Positions 23,992 through 36,593 are shown, counted from the whole stretch's first letter. The stretch: DNA of 63,967 nt, filler included, from Reclinomonas americana ATCC 50394 (GCA_048213135.1; 14 parts of 14 records of this genome joined end to end with filler, not necessarily neighbours in it), one strand, 5' to 3'. The notes: generated by a model from the letters alone, not told the origin. Program-made: numbers and translations.

Positions 23992-25116
23992 ATGTCCCAC
24001 GACTCATCCTTCATTCGTCGTCCGCACGCCGAAAACATGTCGCTCCCTCTCCTTCTTCCCAAGCGCCTGCACGGAAACTGTGGAATCGTGGTGTCTGTGG
24101 CCATCACTCCCGACGGCCAGCTTGTTGTGGGCAGCAGTGCAGGCAGGCCGCAGACTATTCGAGTGTGGTCACTGGCAAGTGGCAAGAAGGTGCGAAAGAC
24201 GAAAACACAAGCTGGTGCGGATTCGTGTGTCGCTGTTACTCCCGATGGTCAGCACGTTGTCAGTGGGTGTGGTGATAACACTGTGCGTGTGTCTTCACTG
24301 GCGAGTGGAGAGGAGGTGTGGCGAATGGAGGGACACAGAGACGAAGTGACCTCCGTTGTTGTGACTGCCGATAATCAGCACGTTGTGAGTGGCAGCATCG
24401 ACAATACCGTGCGGGTGTGGTCACTGGCGTGTGGCGAGCAAGTGCGAGTGTTGAAGGGACACAGAAACTGGGTGTGGTCCGTTGCGGTCACTCCCGATTG
24501 TCAGCACATTATCAGTGGCAGCCGTGATCGAACGGCGCGAGTGCGGTCGCTGGCAAGTGGCAAGGTAGTACGCACACTGAAAGGGCACGGTGGCTGGGTG
24601 AGCGCAGTCACCGTCACTCCCGATGGCCAACACATCGTCGGTGGGAAGCAGGATGGTGCAGTGCTGGTGTGGTCACTTGCCAGTGGCGAGGAAGTGCGAC
24701 GGCTCGAGGGACACACCGCAGAAGTGATGTCTGTCGTCGTCACTCCCGACGGCCAGCGCATCGTGAGTGCGAGTCAAGACAAGACAGTGCGCGTGTGGTC
24801 ACTGGCGACAGGTGAGGAGGTGCGACGGCTGGAGGAGCACACTGCGGTTGTATGTTCTGTCGCTGTCACCCCCGATGGTCAGCACATAGTGAGTGGCAGC
24901 GATGATGGGTCAGTGCGAGCGTGGTCCACACCATGCGGTCTCGCGCGTCAGGAGCTCGACTGCGCACGATCCAGCTTACATGCCGTCCGCGAGCTGCTGG
25001 AGGAAACGGACTCGGAAGTACGTTGCCTGCCAGAGATGGTTCTGCGCTGTTTCCTCGTGGAAGACGCGGCAGTCGTGCTGCATCGCTCCTTCACTGATCC
25101 ATCTATGAGCTGGTGA
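23992..25116 (+). CDS. WD40-repeat protein, 7 highly similar repeats with no intron in the repeat region
   Basis: Repeats of consensus GHT..V.SVAVTPDGQHIVSGS.D.TVRVWSLASGEEVRRLE in one uninterrupted ORF. Confidence 0.92.
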   Translation: MSHDSSFIRRPHAENMSLPLLLPKRLHGNCGIVVSVAITPDGQLVVGSSAGRPQTIRVWSLASGKKVRKTKTQAGADSCVAVTPDGQHVVSGCGDNTVRVSSLASGEEVWRMEGHRDEVTSVVVTADNQHVVSGSIDNTVRVWSLACGEQVRVLKGHRNWVWSVAVTPDCQHIISGSRDRTARVRSLASGKVVRTLKGHGGWVSAVTVTPDGQHIVGGKQDGAVLVWSLASGEEVRRLEGHTAEVMSVVVTPDGQRIVSASQDKTVRVWSLATGEEVRRLEEHTAVVCSVAVTPDGQHIVSGSDDGSVRAWSTPCGLARQELDCARSSLHAVRELLEETDSEVRCLPEMVLRCFLVEDAAVVLHRSFTDPSMSW

Positions 25117-25795
25117 TTGTCGTTGAATGAAGGAAGACATCTCTCGACGTGTGGTTGCTTGTATGCTCCACGACGCAAGAGAAGAAGGGGAATTGGTCTT
25201 CACTCAGTGCGGCCATTGCAAGGACGGGGCACAGAGGCAAATAGCTATGCGGCTCTCACATGAACGCGTTCGTGCCACCCATCCATCCGGAGATGCAACC
25301 AAAAGAGTCATCCGTCGGGATCTGCCGAGTGCACCGAGCGATCAATCCATGACACACATACATTCTCACTCAGTGAATCACACGCAACATTGCTGTACTC
25401 GGTGGCCTGACCGACCGGCGGGCAATCCGCTGCAGGAGAAGGAAGAGGATGAGAAGCAACAGTGTATCAAAAACAGACAGGATCGTCACTCACCCGGCGC
25501 GGGAGAGTTACTGGTTCTGCACCGAGGGAAATGGGTTAGTTGAGCACCTTGTGTCAGCTTCGCAGACAGCAGGGAGCACCCACCCAAAGGGCGCCTCCAT
25601 TGCGTTCCAGCAGCTGCGAGTGTTCGGAAAGATGAAGGACACAAGTCACCGACCGTCGCTCAACTCTATCGTCTACGCCCAGCACAGCAGCTACACACAA
25701 AGTCACCTGTCATCACCACCATGGCAAGAGTGAAATGAAGGAACACACAAGTGCACACGAGCGACGTTTGTCGTGTCCGCCTGCTCTTTCAATCG

Positions 25796-26656
25796 ATGCT
25801 TCGCGTCACGCGAAGCCCACCGGTGACCGCTGACGCCCCCAACTCCAGCGAGCGCGCTGTGATCCCGGGCCATCTCGGTCTCCGCCGCTCGACCTCCCGC
25901 TCACGATCGTCGTCACCGCCAACCATCACTCACAGCCGACATCAACCGCCACCACCATCGCGTCATCCTCCTCCTCCCCCGCCTGCTCCTCCTCGCCCGT
26001 CACCCGGCGGTGGCGCTCGACCAGTGCGTAGAGTACACAGGCGTCTTGCGTGCGTTCCTCTGCTGACGTGTGTCGCGCGCGCACAGAGAGGGCGACTGAC
26101 GGACCTGTTGGCGCGTGTCGTTGACAACTTGCCGACGTTTGGCGCTGGAGGATCGTCGTCGTCGTCGGCGTCGTGCTCCAGTGGATCTGCCACCAACAAG
26201 AGCGCCACTGTGTTGTGCACGTGTCAGTGCCGACGCTTCGAGGTCGGCTCCTACAGCTGGTCAGCCTTCACCTGCTGCTGCTGTCTCCTGTTCCTCGCGA
26301 CCCTGACCACTCATACATACAGTTCAACGCCTTCGCCGGTGACGTTTTACGATGACCGCGTGGAGTATCACATCAAGAACCACCCGGAGCACGGCGACGT
26401 GCACATGGTGATGTTCTATGGGGATGTGAATCGAGTTGAGCTGGTGCGTGGGCGGTCGACGCAGGCCACCCTGCGCTTCCGTGTGCGCCGACGGCTGGTG
26501 TACTTTACCGGGCAGTACGATCCCGAGGGTGAGGGTGCACGGGAGAAGCTCAGTTGGCTCAGCATTCGCTTGGAGACGGTGCCGGAGGTGCGACAAGTCG
26601 ACGACGAGGTCATGCCGGTGATTGAGCAGGCGGTCAAGTTGGGAGGCGCGTCATGA
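25796..26656 (+). CDS. Hypothetical protein with Pro/Ser-rich N-terminus and a beta-rich (possibly PH-like) C-terminal domain
   Basis: Strongly coding-like last exon SPVTFYDDRVEYHIKNHPEHGDVHMVMFYGDVNRVELVR...LSIRLE; two short introns likely. Confidence 0.55.
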   Translation: MLRVTRSPPVTADAPNSSERAVIPGHLGLRRSTSRSRSSSPPTITHSRHQPPPPSRHPPPPPPAPPRPSPGGGARPVRRVHRRLACVPLLTCVARAQRGRLTDLLARVVDNLPTFGAGGSSSSSASCSSGSATNKSATVLCTCQCRRFEVGSYSWSAFTCCCCLLFLATLTTHTYSSTPSPVTFYDDRVEYHIKNHPEHGDVHMVMFYGDVNRVELVRGRSTQATLRFRVRRRLVYFTGQYDPEGEGAREKLSWLSIRLETVPEVRQVDDEVMPVIEQAVKLGGAS

Positions 26657-26808
26657 AACGAAAGAGCTTTGTTCTCGTAGTTGTTGTTACTGTACAAGAA
26701 GATGCAAANNNNNNNNNNNNNNNNNNNNNNNNNNNNNNNNNNNNNNNNNNNNTTAATTAATTAANNNNNNNNNNNNNNNNNNNNNNNNNNNNNNNNNNNN
26801 NNNNNNNN

Positions 26809-27532
26809 GCAAAGTCGGGGTCGACTCGGTTGCGCTGAATCATCTCGCGAATGCGGCGTGCCTCCTCTGCAATCGCGCTCTGTGCCACGTGCTCGCCGCT
26901 GCCGCCGGCCGCACCGCCCTCCTCCTCCTCGCCCTCCTCTGTAAACGACACGAAATGAGACACAAAAGAGGCGCAAGAGAGAGTGGAGAGACATACCGAG
27001 GGCCGCCATGACATAGGGGTACTGGCAAATGTTCCTGCAGTACTGCTCGTTGCGCTTGCGCTCCTGCTCCCACATGAGGTGATTGTAGTTGGCATCGCGC
27101 TGCTGAATGCGGCGCAGAATGGCCTGGTTCTCATTGGTGATGCGCATGAGCTCGCGCTTGCGGTACTCGCGGTTGAGGGAGCGCGGGCGGATCGAGTTGT
27201 AGTTGTCGAGGGAGCTCTTTTGCATAATCTCCGTCATCTTGCGCAGGAGAATGCGATTGTTGCGCGTAATCGACGCAATGCGCTCCTCCTCCAGCTGCGC
27301 CTTCTTCAGGTTCTGCTTCAAGTGTGCGAACCGAGCAGGCGCCTTGGCGTCGATGGAGGGGCGGATCTGCTTCAGCTTCATCCTGTGACAGAGATAGAGG
27401 GAGTGAGCGGATGCTGGCACGCATGAATTGTGTGTGTGTGTGTGTGTCATTCGCTCACCGGTGCAGGCGATACGAGCGCTCCTTCCACTTGGAGTCGCAG
27501 ATTCGGTTGGCCACAGGCTGTGAGCGGTACAT
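26809..27532 (-). CDS. CFAP97/KIAA1430 (hemingway)-domain ciliary protein
   Basis: MYRSQPVANRICDSKWKERSYRLHR|MKLKQIRPSIDAKAP...NLKKAQLEEERIASITRNNRILLRKM...SLNREYRKRELMRITNENQAILRRIQ matches the CFAP97-domain pattern. Confidence 0.82.
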
Positions 27533-27806
27533 TGTTGTTGTTGATGTGCTTGTGTTGCGTCTTGTTGTTGTTGCGCGTCCGCTGTTGATTGAGAGAGAGG
27601 GAGAGGGAGACATACAATGTGTGAGTGAGCGTGTGCCGACAATGAGTGGATGGAGAGAGAGAAGGAGTGAGAGAGAAGGAGAGTGCGAACACACCGATGC
27701 TGTGCGATGATCTTTGATAAACGCACCAGACGTGACTCATCGATTTGGCCGGTGGATGGAGCGGAGTGGTGAATTAGATCGCACACACACACACACAATC
27801 GTTGCG

Positions 27807-28640
27807 ATGGATAGCGATCGCACAATCACGGTCTCCAACATCTCGCCTGAGGTCAGTGAACGATGCTGCAAAGCGAGGGAAAGAGAGAAAGAGCGAAGAG
27901 TGTGCTTGTGTTTTGCGTGGCAATGTCTCATGCGTGGCGCCAACTTGCCTCTCGCGCTCCTCTTCTGCTCCCTGCTTCTCCCTCGCGCTGGCATTGATGT
28001 GCTTATTCACTCGCGTGCATTGTTGCGTGTGCAGGTTGCAGAAGAGAATCTACGTGAACTGTTTGGCCATGTCGGCACCGTGGAGGGCTTCCGTCTGCAA
28101 TAGTTGCGTCCCTTCGACAGCACTCCCTCATCCCCTCACACGCTCTCCCCTCGTCTCCTTTCGTTTCTTCCATCTGGTGTGCGTTTGTGCGTGTGGACAT
28201 GTCGGCTCACTTGTCTTTGCAGCGACCGCATGATGGGCGCACAGGTGGCCTACATCTCGTTCAAGTCGGCCGGCGATGCGTCAGTGGCACTTGCGCTCGA
28301 CGGAACACCTGTCATTGGGCGACCTATTCGTGTCACGATGTATGGTGATTGTGTTTGTTGCATTTTCTCTCTCTCGTTCTCCTCTCTGTGCCTCATGCAT
28401 TCAACAGGCCAAGAGTCGGCGCCACCACCGCCACCTCCTCCAGCACCGGGAATGTCTCTCGGTCCATCGCTCAGTTGAGTGATAAATCTCTCCCCCCTTT
28501 CCCTCTCCTTCTCCTCGCTCAATCTCTCTCTCTCTCTCGCACACACACTCGCGCACGTACGCCTCCTCCCTGTCCTTCTCCCTTTCCCTGTCCTCCCTCG
28601 CTCACTCTCCCTCTTTGACACCTCAGTGCCTTCTGCACCT
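27807..28640 (+). CDS. RRM protein, SRSF11/SREK1-like (3' end in gap)
   Basis: Spliced: MDSDRTITVSNISPEVAEENLRELFGHVGTVEGFRLQYDRMMGAQVAYISFKSAGDASVALALDGTPVIGRPIRVTMY. Confidence 0.75.
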
Positions 28641-28783
28641 NNNNNNNNNNNNNNNNNNNNNNNNNNNNNNNNNNNNNNNNNNNNTTAATTAATTAANNNN
28701 NNNNNNNNNNNNNNNNNNNNNNNNNNNNNNNNNNNNNNNNCTCTCTCTCCTCTCCCTCCTCTCTCCTCTCCCTCCTCTCACAC

Positions 28784-28827
<44 letters not shown>

Positions 28828-29071
28828 CCTTCTCTCTGATCCTATCGTCGCCAATCACTCACGTCTGCTGATTTTCAATCGCTTTCTTGCACTTCCTCTC
28901 TTCTTGCTCTCCCTCTTCTCCTTCTCCCTCTCCTCCCTCAACCTCCCTTCCCTTCTCTCTGATCCTTCCCATTGCTGCCGATCACACCCCTCTGCTCGTC
29001 TCCAATCGCTTTCTTGCACCTCCACTGTTCCTCTCTCTCTCCGTTGCTCACTCCCTTCTCCCTCTCCTCAG

Positions 29072-32000
29072 GCAACTGCGCAAATCATGTGGTGAAACGT
29101 TCGGTCTGCGCGACGAGGTGCAACGCTTGCGTGGGCAGGTGCGGCGCTTGGAGGCCGAGTGTCGCGCACTGAGACCACACTCGGAGCCGTCGCGCGATGG
29201 ACGCGAGCTGCTGATGAGCGAGGTGTGTGTGTGTGTGTCGTTGCAGTCGCGCCTGATTGTGAGTGTTCTGCTCACTGCGTGTGTGCGACTCGCACAGTTG
29301 GATCGTTTGCTGGCCGAGTCAAAGATGCTGGAGAGCGAGGGGCAGCGGCAGCGTGAGCGAGCCGAGCATGCGGAGATGCAGGTCGCCGAGTTGCAGTTCA
29401 AGTTGCAGGAGGTCTGCTCATTTCCCTGGTTTTGCGTGCTGCACTCCACTGCTCTGCTAACCTGCGTGCCAGGCCAATGTCGAGTTGCAACACACTCGGC
29501 GGTGTATCAGTGCACTCGAGGCGGCCATGGGGTCCTCCAAGGCAGACAGCACCGCCAAGGTGCAGTGCTTTCTTCTCCCACATCCTTTATTTTTCTCCCG
29601 CTCACTCGGCACGGCAGGCAGAACTGCGGACGCGGATCGATGTTTTGCGGGAGGAAGCGGAACGAGAACGGTGTGCACCCGCTGCTGTGCACGCTCGGTT
29701 CTTACTCCTCGACGCTTACCACCTTGTCTTCTCCTTCTCCGAACCACGCAGAGCAACAAGACAGGCCGCCGAAGAACAGCTGCAGAACATCAGAGCGCAA
29801 GCGATGGATGAGCTACGGCGGCGCGACGCGCAGCTGGCGGAGACAAATACGCGTGTTGAGCGACTGCAGGTCCGTGGACGCCGCGCTTTTGCCTCTGTGG
29901 TGTCTCTCTCTCTCGTCGCTCACATTGCGCCAGGAGGAGAATGCTGAATTGCAGCTCATGCTGGATGAGGCATCGAATCTGCTGGTGGGTGCACAATCGG
30001 GAGGATTGTTTGGGCGTGACTTGGTGGATCCGGCGCAGTATGCAGCGATGCAGGACATGGCGCAGGATTTTCGCCAAGGGCGAGCGGCTGGGGAAGATGA
30101 CAGTGCTGAGGCGAAGCGGGGTCCGTGTGTGATCTGTGCAGTAGTGTTCGATCTGCGTTGCGTCGCTTATCTCACCACATTCGATGCGTAGATGCTGACG
30201 AGAAGGCCAAGGGCCTTGCGGTGTCCAAGACGGCGGGCGAGGAGGTGGTGGCCGAGACCATCACTCCCACGTCCACGTCCTTCCGACCTCTGTCAACTGG
30301 TGTCGGCGTGACACTCAGCACTGGACTGGGCATGGGCGGCTTTGCCACCTCCAATGGAGGGTGCGTCGATTTGTTGTCGACCTTTTCAACATGTCGCCGC
30401 GTGCTAAATTGCCCACCAACGCAGTGACAAGAGCTTTGGTCTGATGTCTGGTCGCCGCCGCTCGCCCTCTCTGACAATGGTGAGCGTGCTGTATGTGTGC
30501 GCGAAAGAGGCGCAAAGAGTCTTCGCGCTCACTTTTTGTGTCGTGGCAGTCGGAGGCACCTGTTGCTGTTGCCTCACCTCCATCTGCCGTCGTCTCTGCC
30601 GGCGGCAATACACCCGAACCGCTGGGCATGGTACGCGTCTCGTTGAGTCCTCCCCTCTCCATTGCCGGCGCTGACATCGAGTGCCGTGCAGCAACCGCCA
30701 CCTCGGTTGTGGGGTGCAAACGATGCCACGGACACCTCGGTGGGTCGGTCGCATGCCATACCCGTGGGAGGCGGCCGTGTGCGCGAGTTCTCCTCGCCAG
30801 GACCGATCCGTGCGGACGAGTCTGGTGATTGTGACTTTGCCGTCCTCCTTTTGCTTTTTGTCACTCGTATGCTCAATCACTCTGTTGTGTGTGCATGACA
30901 GCGAGCGAGTTTGCCAGTTTGGACATTTCGGCCATTGCCAAGTAGTGCGTCGTTGCTCATCGCTCTCGTTTTTTGCTCTGCGTACGACTCACCATCGAGC
31001 ATGTCGACCAGTCGTGGACCCGGATCGGCTGCTGGATCGGCAGCACCAGCACCCGCGGCGCGGAGTGCAGTGGCCACTACTCGCGCTCCACCACCGGCGC
31101 ATGTGGTGACTGCGGCTGCCGAGTCGGAGGCAGCCTCGGAGGCACCCTCCACTGTCCGCGGCACTATCGATCGGTTCTTCCAGCAAGACGAGATCCGTCG
31201 TCGCGCTCTGGAGGTTTCGTGGCACTCGATCCCCCGCTCCACCAATGTCTGTCGCGTGTTCACCTCCACTCTTTGTGTGCGCGCAGCACGTGCAAAGTGG
31301 TCGGTTGTTGCTCAAGTTTTGTCGTTCGTGTCGCCCGCATCTGCGACATCTGTACATTTCCCACGATATGCGAAAGATCTGTTGGCGCAAGTTGCGTGGA
31401 TGTCTTTCGTCTCCCTCTCGTTACATCACTGTGCTTACTTTTCTTTTCGCAGTGTCTCCAAGAGCGGAAAGCCGTCGTTCCTCTCCGTGGGTGTGTGCAG
31501 CGGGCCGTGTACACTCCTGCACACCATCACCCTCCTCACTCCCCTTCGTCGCTTGCAGAGAAGCGCCTGCTGCTACAAGATGTCACCGGTTTCACTCTCG
31601 GACCGTTCTCCAAAGTATTCCAGATGGAGGCACGACGTATTGAGCGAGAGGCTCGCAAATTTGGCGTCCTCGTCTCCGCCATGCCGAACGCCTTTGCCAA
31701 TCCTCGCACCGACGAAAAGTACTACTTGTGCTTTTCGCTGACGTTTGGTGCGTGTACATGCGCGCTCTTTGTGTCGAGTGTGTCCATGAGCTAACTCTCC
31801 CGCGGTGCGCAGGCCGCCAGGAACGCACACTCGACCTCATGTGCCCGTCCAAGGTGGAGCTGGAGGCTTGGGTGCAGGCGCTGCTCTTCCTGTGCCCAGC
31901 ACAGCCGGCATGGGGTGCGTGCATGTGCGTGCCCCCTTGCCTCGCCGCTCGCACTCATCCCGTTCGCCCAGGTGAGCGTCTGGCGATTGCTGACATGCCG

Positions 32001-32213
32001 CAGTTTGACGTGCTGGATCCGGTGGAACGTGTATTTTGTGAGGAGAATCACATCAATCCAGCGCAATATCTGATCTGCAAGCGCAAGGGAGTGCAGCTCA
32101 GTCGCCGTGGCGTTCCGTTCCAGGAGAAGGACATGATTGCGCTGCGTGTGCTCGACGTCTTTCGTGCGGTCAAGACGTACCACTTCCTGATCCAGCACAT
32201 GGGGCAGCGGTGA
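29072..32213 (+). CDS. Coiled-coil + PH domain + C-terminal ADA2-type SWIRM-like domain protein (5' end in gap)
   Basis: Coiled-coil exons at 29072-30110. PH: VQSGRLLLKFCRSCRPHLRHLYISHDMRKICW...LQDVTGFTLGPFSKVF...LCFSLTF..ERTLDLMCPSKVELEAWVQAL. C-terminus: LDPVERVFCEENHINPAQYLICK...LDVFRAVKTYHFL. Confidence 0.72.
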
Positions 32214-32298
32214 CATGGAGGCCGTGCGGTCGGGTGTGCTTGTATGTGTGTATGTGTAACAAGCTGTGAATCATTCATTATGCAATCTGCATTCAATC

Positions 32299-35004
32299 TC
32301 ATGACGCCGGCGGTGACTCGATTTCGTCTTCGTCGTCTTGCGTACGGACACGCCAGAGAATTCCTTGCGCACCTGCCGGATCGAGGCCGCTCTCCACGGG
32401 AGCACTCCATGGTCCGACACTGCGGAATTCTTCAGTGGTGTCGAACCGCAAGTCGTCCTCGTACAGTCCAAGTCCCAAGTCCTCGCCCATGGCGTGCGCC
32501 AGCACCTTGTCCGCCGGGTCAAACATGTCCGCATCCACCACGCCTCCTGCTGCTGCTGCTGGCGGCGGCGGTGGAGGTGGAGGTGGCGGTGGCGGCGGCG
32601 GTGGAGGTGCTGATGGAGAAGCTGCTGCCGAAAATCGACCGCCGAGCGAAAACGGCGAACCGGAACCGTCCGAGTCGGAGGGTGGCGAGCTGGAATGTAC
32701 AGAGCTGCTTGCGCCGCCGCCGAATACGCGAATATCGGTGGTCACAGTGCGACCGGCGTCCGACACGTCTTCGCCGTGGGGCATCTGACCTTTGGGCATG
32801 CTGACGACACTGCAAGCGATTTCGGCGCGACCTCGCACCGCGCCATAGTAATCGTCCAAAAAGTCCACAATGATGCGATGCTGTCGTCGCGTCTTGTTCT
32901 GCTCCAGGGCTCGCATCCACAACAGCACCGTGCGATTGCCGTCAATGCCCACTCCTGAGGCTAGACAGCGGAATACTTCCGTGGGCACATTTGTCGGATG
33001 CAGCTCCATGCGCTTCTGCTCCTCGAGTGCCACTACACGCAAGCTCTCACATGTCAGTGCCGTGTCACGGATAGCAGCCACCAGACCACGAGTCCCGCTA
33101 CTCACCAACAAACGGGACGATGCACGACCGATCGACATTGTACAGCGACAACTGCAAGGTCGAGCACTGCGCAATTTCTGTGTCGACGGCGCGCCACTGC
33201 AGCACGAGCGGCGTCCAGCAACCATTGCGACTTGTGTTGCTGAAGAGAGTGGACCGTGGCTGCCAGCGACTGGTGCGTCCGAGTCTCCAGATTACGTGGA
33301 GTGGCACTGTTGATCCGGATCCGGAGGCACCTGCCATGCTGGCATCACGCAGTGACAGTGCCGACGAACCGGACCATGCCGCTGTATCGGAAGCCGCAGC
33401 GGACGCGGATGTTGGCGACGACGACGATTCAGACGCCACCTTCCACACCGGACTCGCCCAGTCGTCGTACATGCAATACAAGTGACTGCGCGCGTCATGC
33501 GCAGGAGGGACGACGGCGACCCAGCGCATGGCGCCGGCGGCTGCATCGTGCCGGCTGCCCAGAGGGCCGTGCAACTCGATGACCATGCGCACCTTCACCG
33601 AGCGGCCCCGCAGCAGCTGGAGCTGCTGGCGAGTGGCGTCGGAGCGTGAGCGCCATCCGAGAGTGAACTGGAAGACATGATCGACTTTGTCTTCCTTTGT
33701 GTCAGTCGTCAGCTCCAGCCACTCGTCGTCACCTCGGTCCTCGGTCTTATACTGCGTCGCGGCGACGAACCTGCACTCACAAAGAGAGGAAAATAGTGAG
33801 ACACCATTGAGCGGAGCAATCTTTGCACACAGTCGTCGAGTTCGAAACTTGCAATTCGCACTGCCAAACTCCGTGGCCTCCTGCACAGACACGAAAAAGT
33901 GCGGCATGGCTCCAGTATGCGGTGACACCTTGCTTGCGCCCGCACTCACCCCGCCGATGCGTACGGCGAACAGGCCGTTCACACTGTTGCTGGAGGCATA
34001 GGAAATCGGCAGCATGCGGCTGTCGCCGACATTGCGGATGAACAGGCCGCGAGCCACCGACAAGTATCCTGCGTGGCCACTGAGTAGTCAAATCCCAAGA
34101 TGCAGCTGAACAGCATGATGGCACACAAACCTCGCATCGTCTCCAGCGCACACGGTTGAATGGTGTACACCTCTCGACGCCCCAGACTCTTCACCACCTC
34201 GTTGCTCTTCTCCGGCACGGCAATATCGCGAATGCTTGCACGCTCCGCAACCGACGTGATGGCCTTGATACACCGCAGATTGTCCTGGCGAGTGGACATG
34301 GTGAGAGAGACCAGACCGCTGCCGAGGGCCTCTTTTGTCTCTGGCGGCGCACACTCCAGAATATACTCCAGCAGCGTAGTCATCGCCTCGGGGGTGTAAC
34401 CGTGATACCAGAAGGGCTGACGGCACACGGCTGCAATCGTGATCTCCGACAGCGGGTACGTACGCCATGCGAGTTGAGCCAATACATTGTCCACACGGCG
34501 CCACCTCAGTGGGTACGGCGACGAGAAATCCACTGGCGCAAGGTCTAATCTGGCCAGCGCGCACGTTTGCAAGAACTCGCGAACGGGTTCGATCGGCACG
34601 TCAGGCGCCACACAAAGGTGATGCAGAATGCGACGCCAAGCATCCTCGTCACCCACCCAATCCTCGAGTAAGCACACGTTGCGCGGAAGACCCGGAAGCT
34701 CTTGAGCCAGCATCTCACTGCCGAGGTACACCAGGAAATCGGAAATGTCCTTCCAGTTGGCACTCGCCGAGTGCTGTAAGTGCGAATTCAAGCGATCCCA
34801 AGTGTATGAAGTGGAGCGGGCCAGCTCCTCGTCCACAACAGCACCGCAGTGCTGCACGAGAAATCCGTGAAACTCGGCCCATGCTCGTTCGTTCGCAGAC
34901 ACCGCTGCCGTCAAACGATTCCAAGCCGGCTTCGACATCACTTGCAAGTCGAACGGCACCAAGTCGAGCTTATGCAGTGACAGTGAGCGCAGCAATGTCC
35001 GCAC
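32299..35004 (-). CDS. Large intron-poor hypothetical protein (5' end in gap)
   Basis: Three long overlapping ORFs (341, 321 and 308 aa) with globular composition, ending in a Pro-rich and acidic tail. Confidence 0.55.
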
Positions 35005-35104
35005 NNNNNNNNNNNNNNNNNNNNNNNNNNNNNNNNNNNNNNNNNNNNTTAATTAATTAANNNNNNNNNNNNNNNNNNNNNNNNNNNNNNNNNNNNNNNN
35101 NNNN

Positions 35105-36132
35105 CCTCCTCGCTCCACGATGAGGCCTTGCGACGACCCGACAGTTCTGGCAGGCGGCCATCCGCATCCGAGCTGTAGGCGCTCATCGGTGTGATGGGTG
35201 TCACAGGAGTGCTGGGGGCAGAGCCGGCAGCAACCGAGGACGCGGTGGCAGCCGCCGCTGCACCCTTGGTCACCACCGTCAGGCCGGCGACCGATGATCT
35301 TCTCGATGATCCCACAGGCGCGGCGGCGGCTGCAGCTGTTGGTGCATCGCTTGCGTCGTCGACTGCCATTGCCGTCTCACTGCCACTGTTTGTGTTGGCG
35401 GTGGTGGTTGTGGTCGTGGTGGAGGAGGGCGAGCCGGAGAACACGATCGATGTTTGTGGGTTGATGGTGATCGATGTGAACCTGTGGGCAACGACGACAA
35501 CAACAACGACAGCAGCAGCGGTGAGCGTGACGAGGTGGTGAGGGGAGGAGATGAGGGGAGATGTGGCGCAACGTGGATCCATGCTGGATCACCACACGAG
35601 TGTCTTGACCGTTGGTGAGTGCCGCAATCAGGGCGGCCGCAGCGGCCGCCGCAGCAGCATTGCCTCCACATGCAGTTCTCTGCTCGTCGTGATCCGTCAT
35701 CGCATGCGCACAGTCCACACAGACACAGCGACACACGTACACACGCACGCACGAACGCACAGCCCCCCACACACACACCACGCAGAACACAGCACAAAAA
35801 ACACACACAAGGAAAAATAATCGGTTCAAACGTTACGGACGGCACGCGCACACGAAACGGTTACGCACCATTTCACCGACAATGTCCTCGGTCGGACTTG
35901 CCGATGGGGTGGTGGGCGCCACCGACTCGTCGCTGCCGCCCGTGGTGTCCATCGCCGTGGCCATGCCAAACGGGTCGTCGCTGCTGGAGGCGATCACGGT
36001 CGCGTTCGACAATTTCGAATTGCTTGCCGATCGAAAGATGCCCGTTGGCATCGCCGGCGACAACAGCGACGACGACGACGAGACAGACGAGGAGGAGGAG
36101 GAGAGAGTGGCCGACAGATCCGGTTGCATCAT
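35105..36132 (-). CDS. Ser/Thr/Ala-rich protein, possibly Myb/SANT type (truncated by gap)
   Basis: Low-complexity exons end at the gap with GRRKASSWSEE, which resembles the start of a Myb repeat. Confidence 0.45.
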
Positions 36133-36593
36133 GGTGGGGCACGGGAAGGGAGTGGGCAAGCTGTACACGCGCACACACACAAAAACACAAAAAACAATCG
36201 TTATGTATTTTGCAATGTGTAGACTGCAACGTTCACTTTTCTCGTCACATGCAACAATTGCGTGCCGCACGATCGGGGAAACACACACAGCGCCAGGAGG
36301 CCACGCACGCACAGGCACAGCAAGCAAGGGGGAGAGACACGCACGTGTGACGCACACGCAAAAGAACGAGTGCAAACACGCATCACATCGGAACGGAAAC
36401 GTGATTCTCCGCTCGTTACACGACAAACAAACGCAACGCACCTGTGAAGCGTGTGTGTTGGTGTAGACAGTGTCGGCTCAGAGCGCGATAGAGAGAGAGA
36501 GACGAAGAGAGCAAGCGAGCGTGCAGCGGCGAAAAAAAGCAGAAAAAGCAAAAGCTGTTAGAAAAACGTTGCAGGACGAAATTTCACAAAGCA

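Noticed and set aside
28099..28110. In-frame TAG in the RRM gene (CAA TAG), and likewise GAA TAG in PITP, suggesting stop-codon reassignment
   Set aside because: Both are split codons TA|GT at intron donors and splice to TAC or TAT (Tyr). Genes seen ending here use TAA or TGA, and nothing indicates a variant code.
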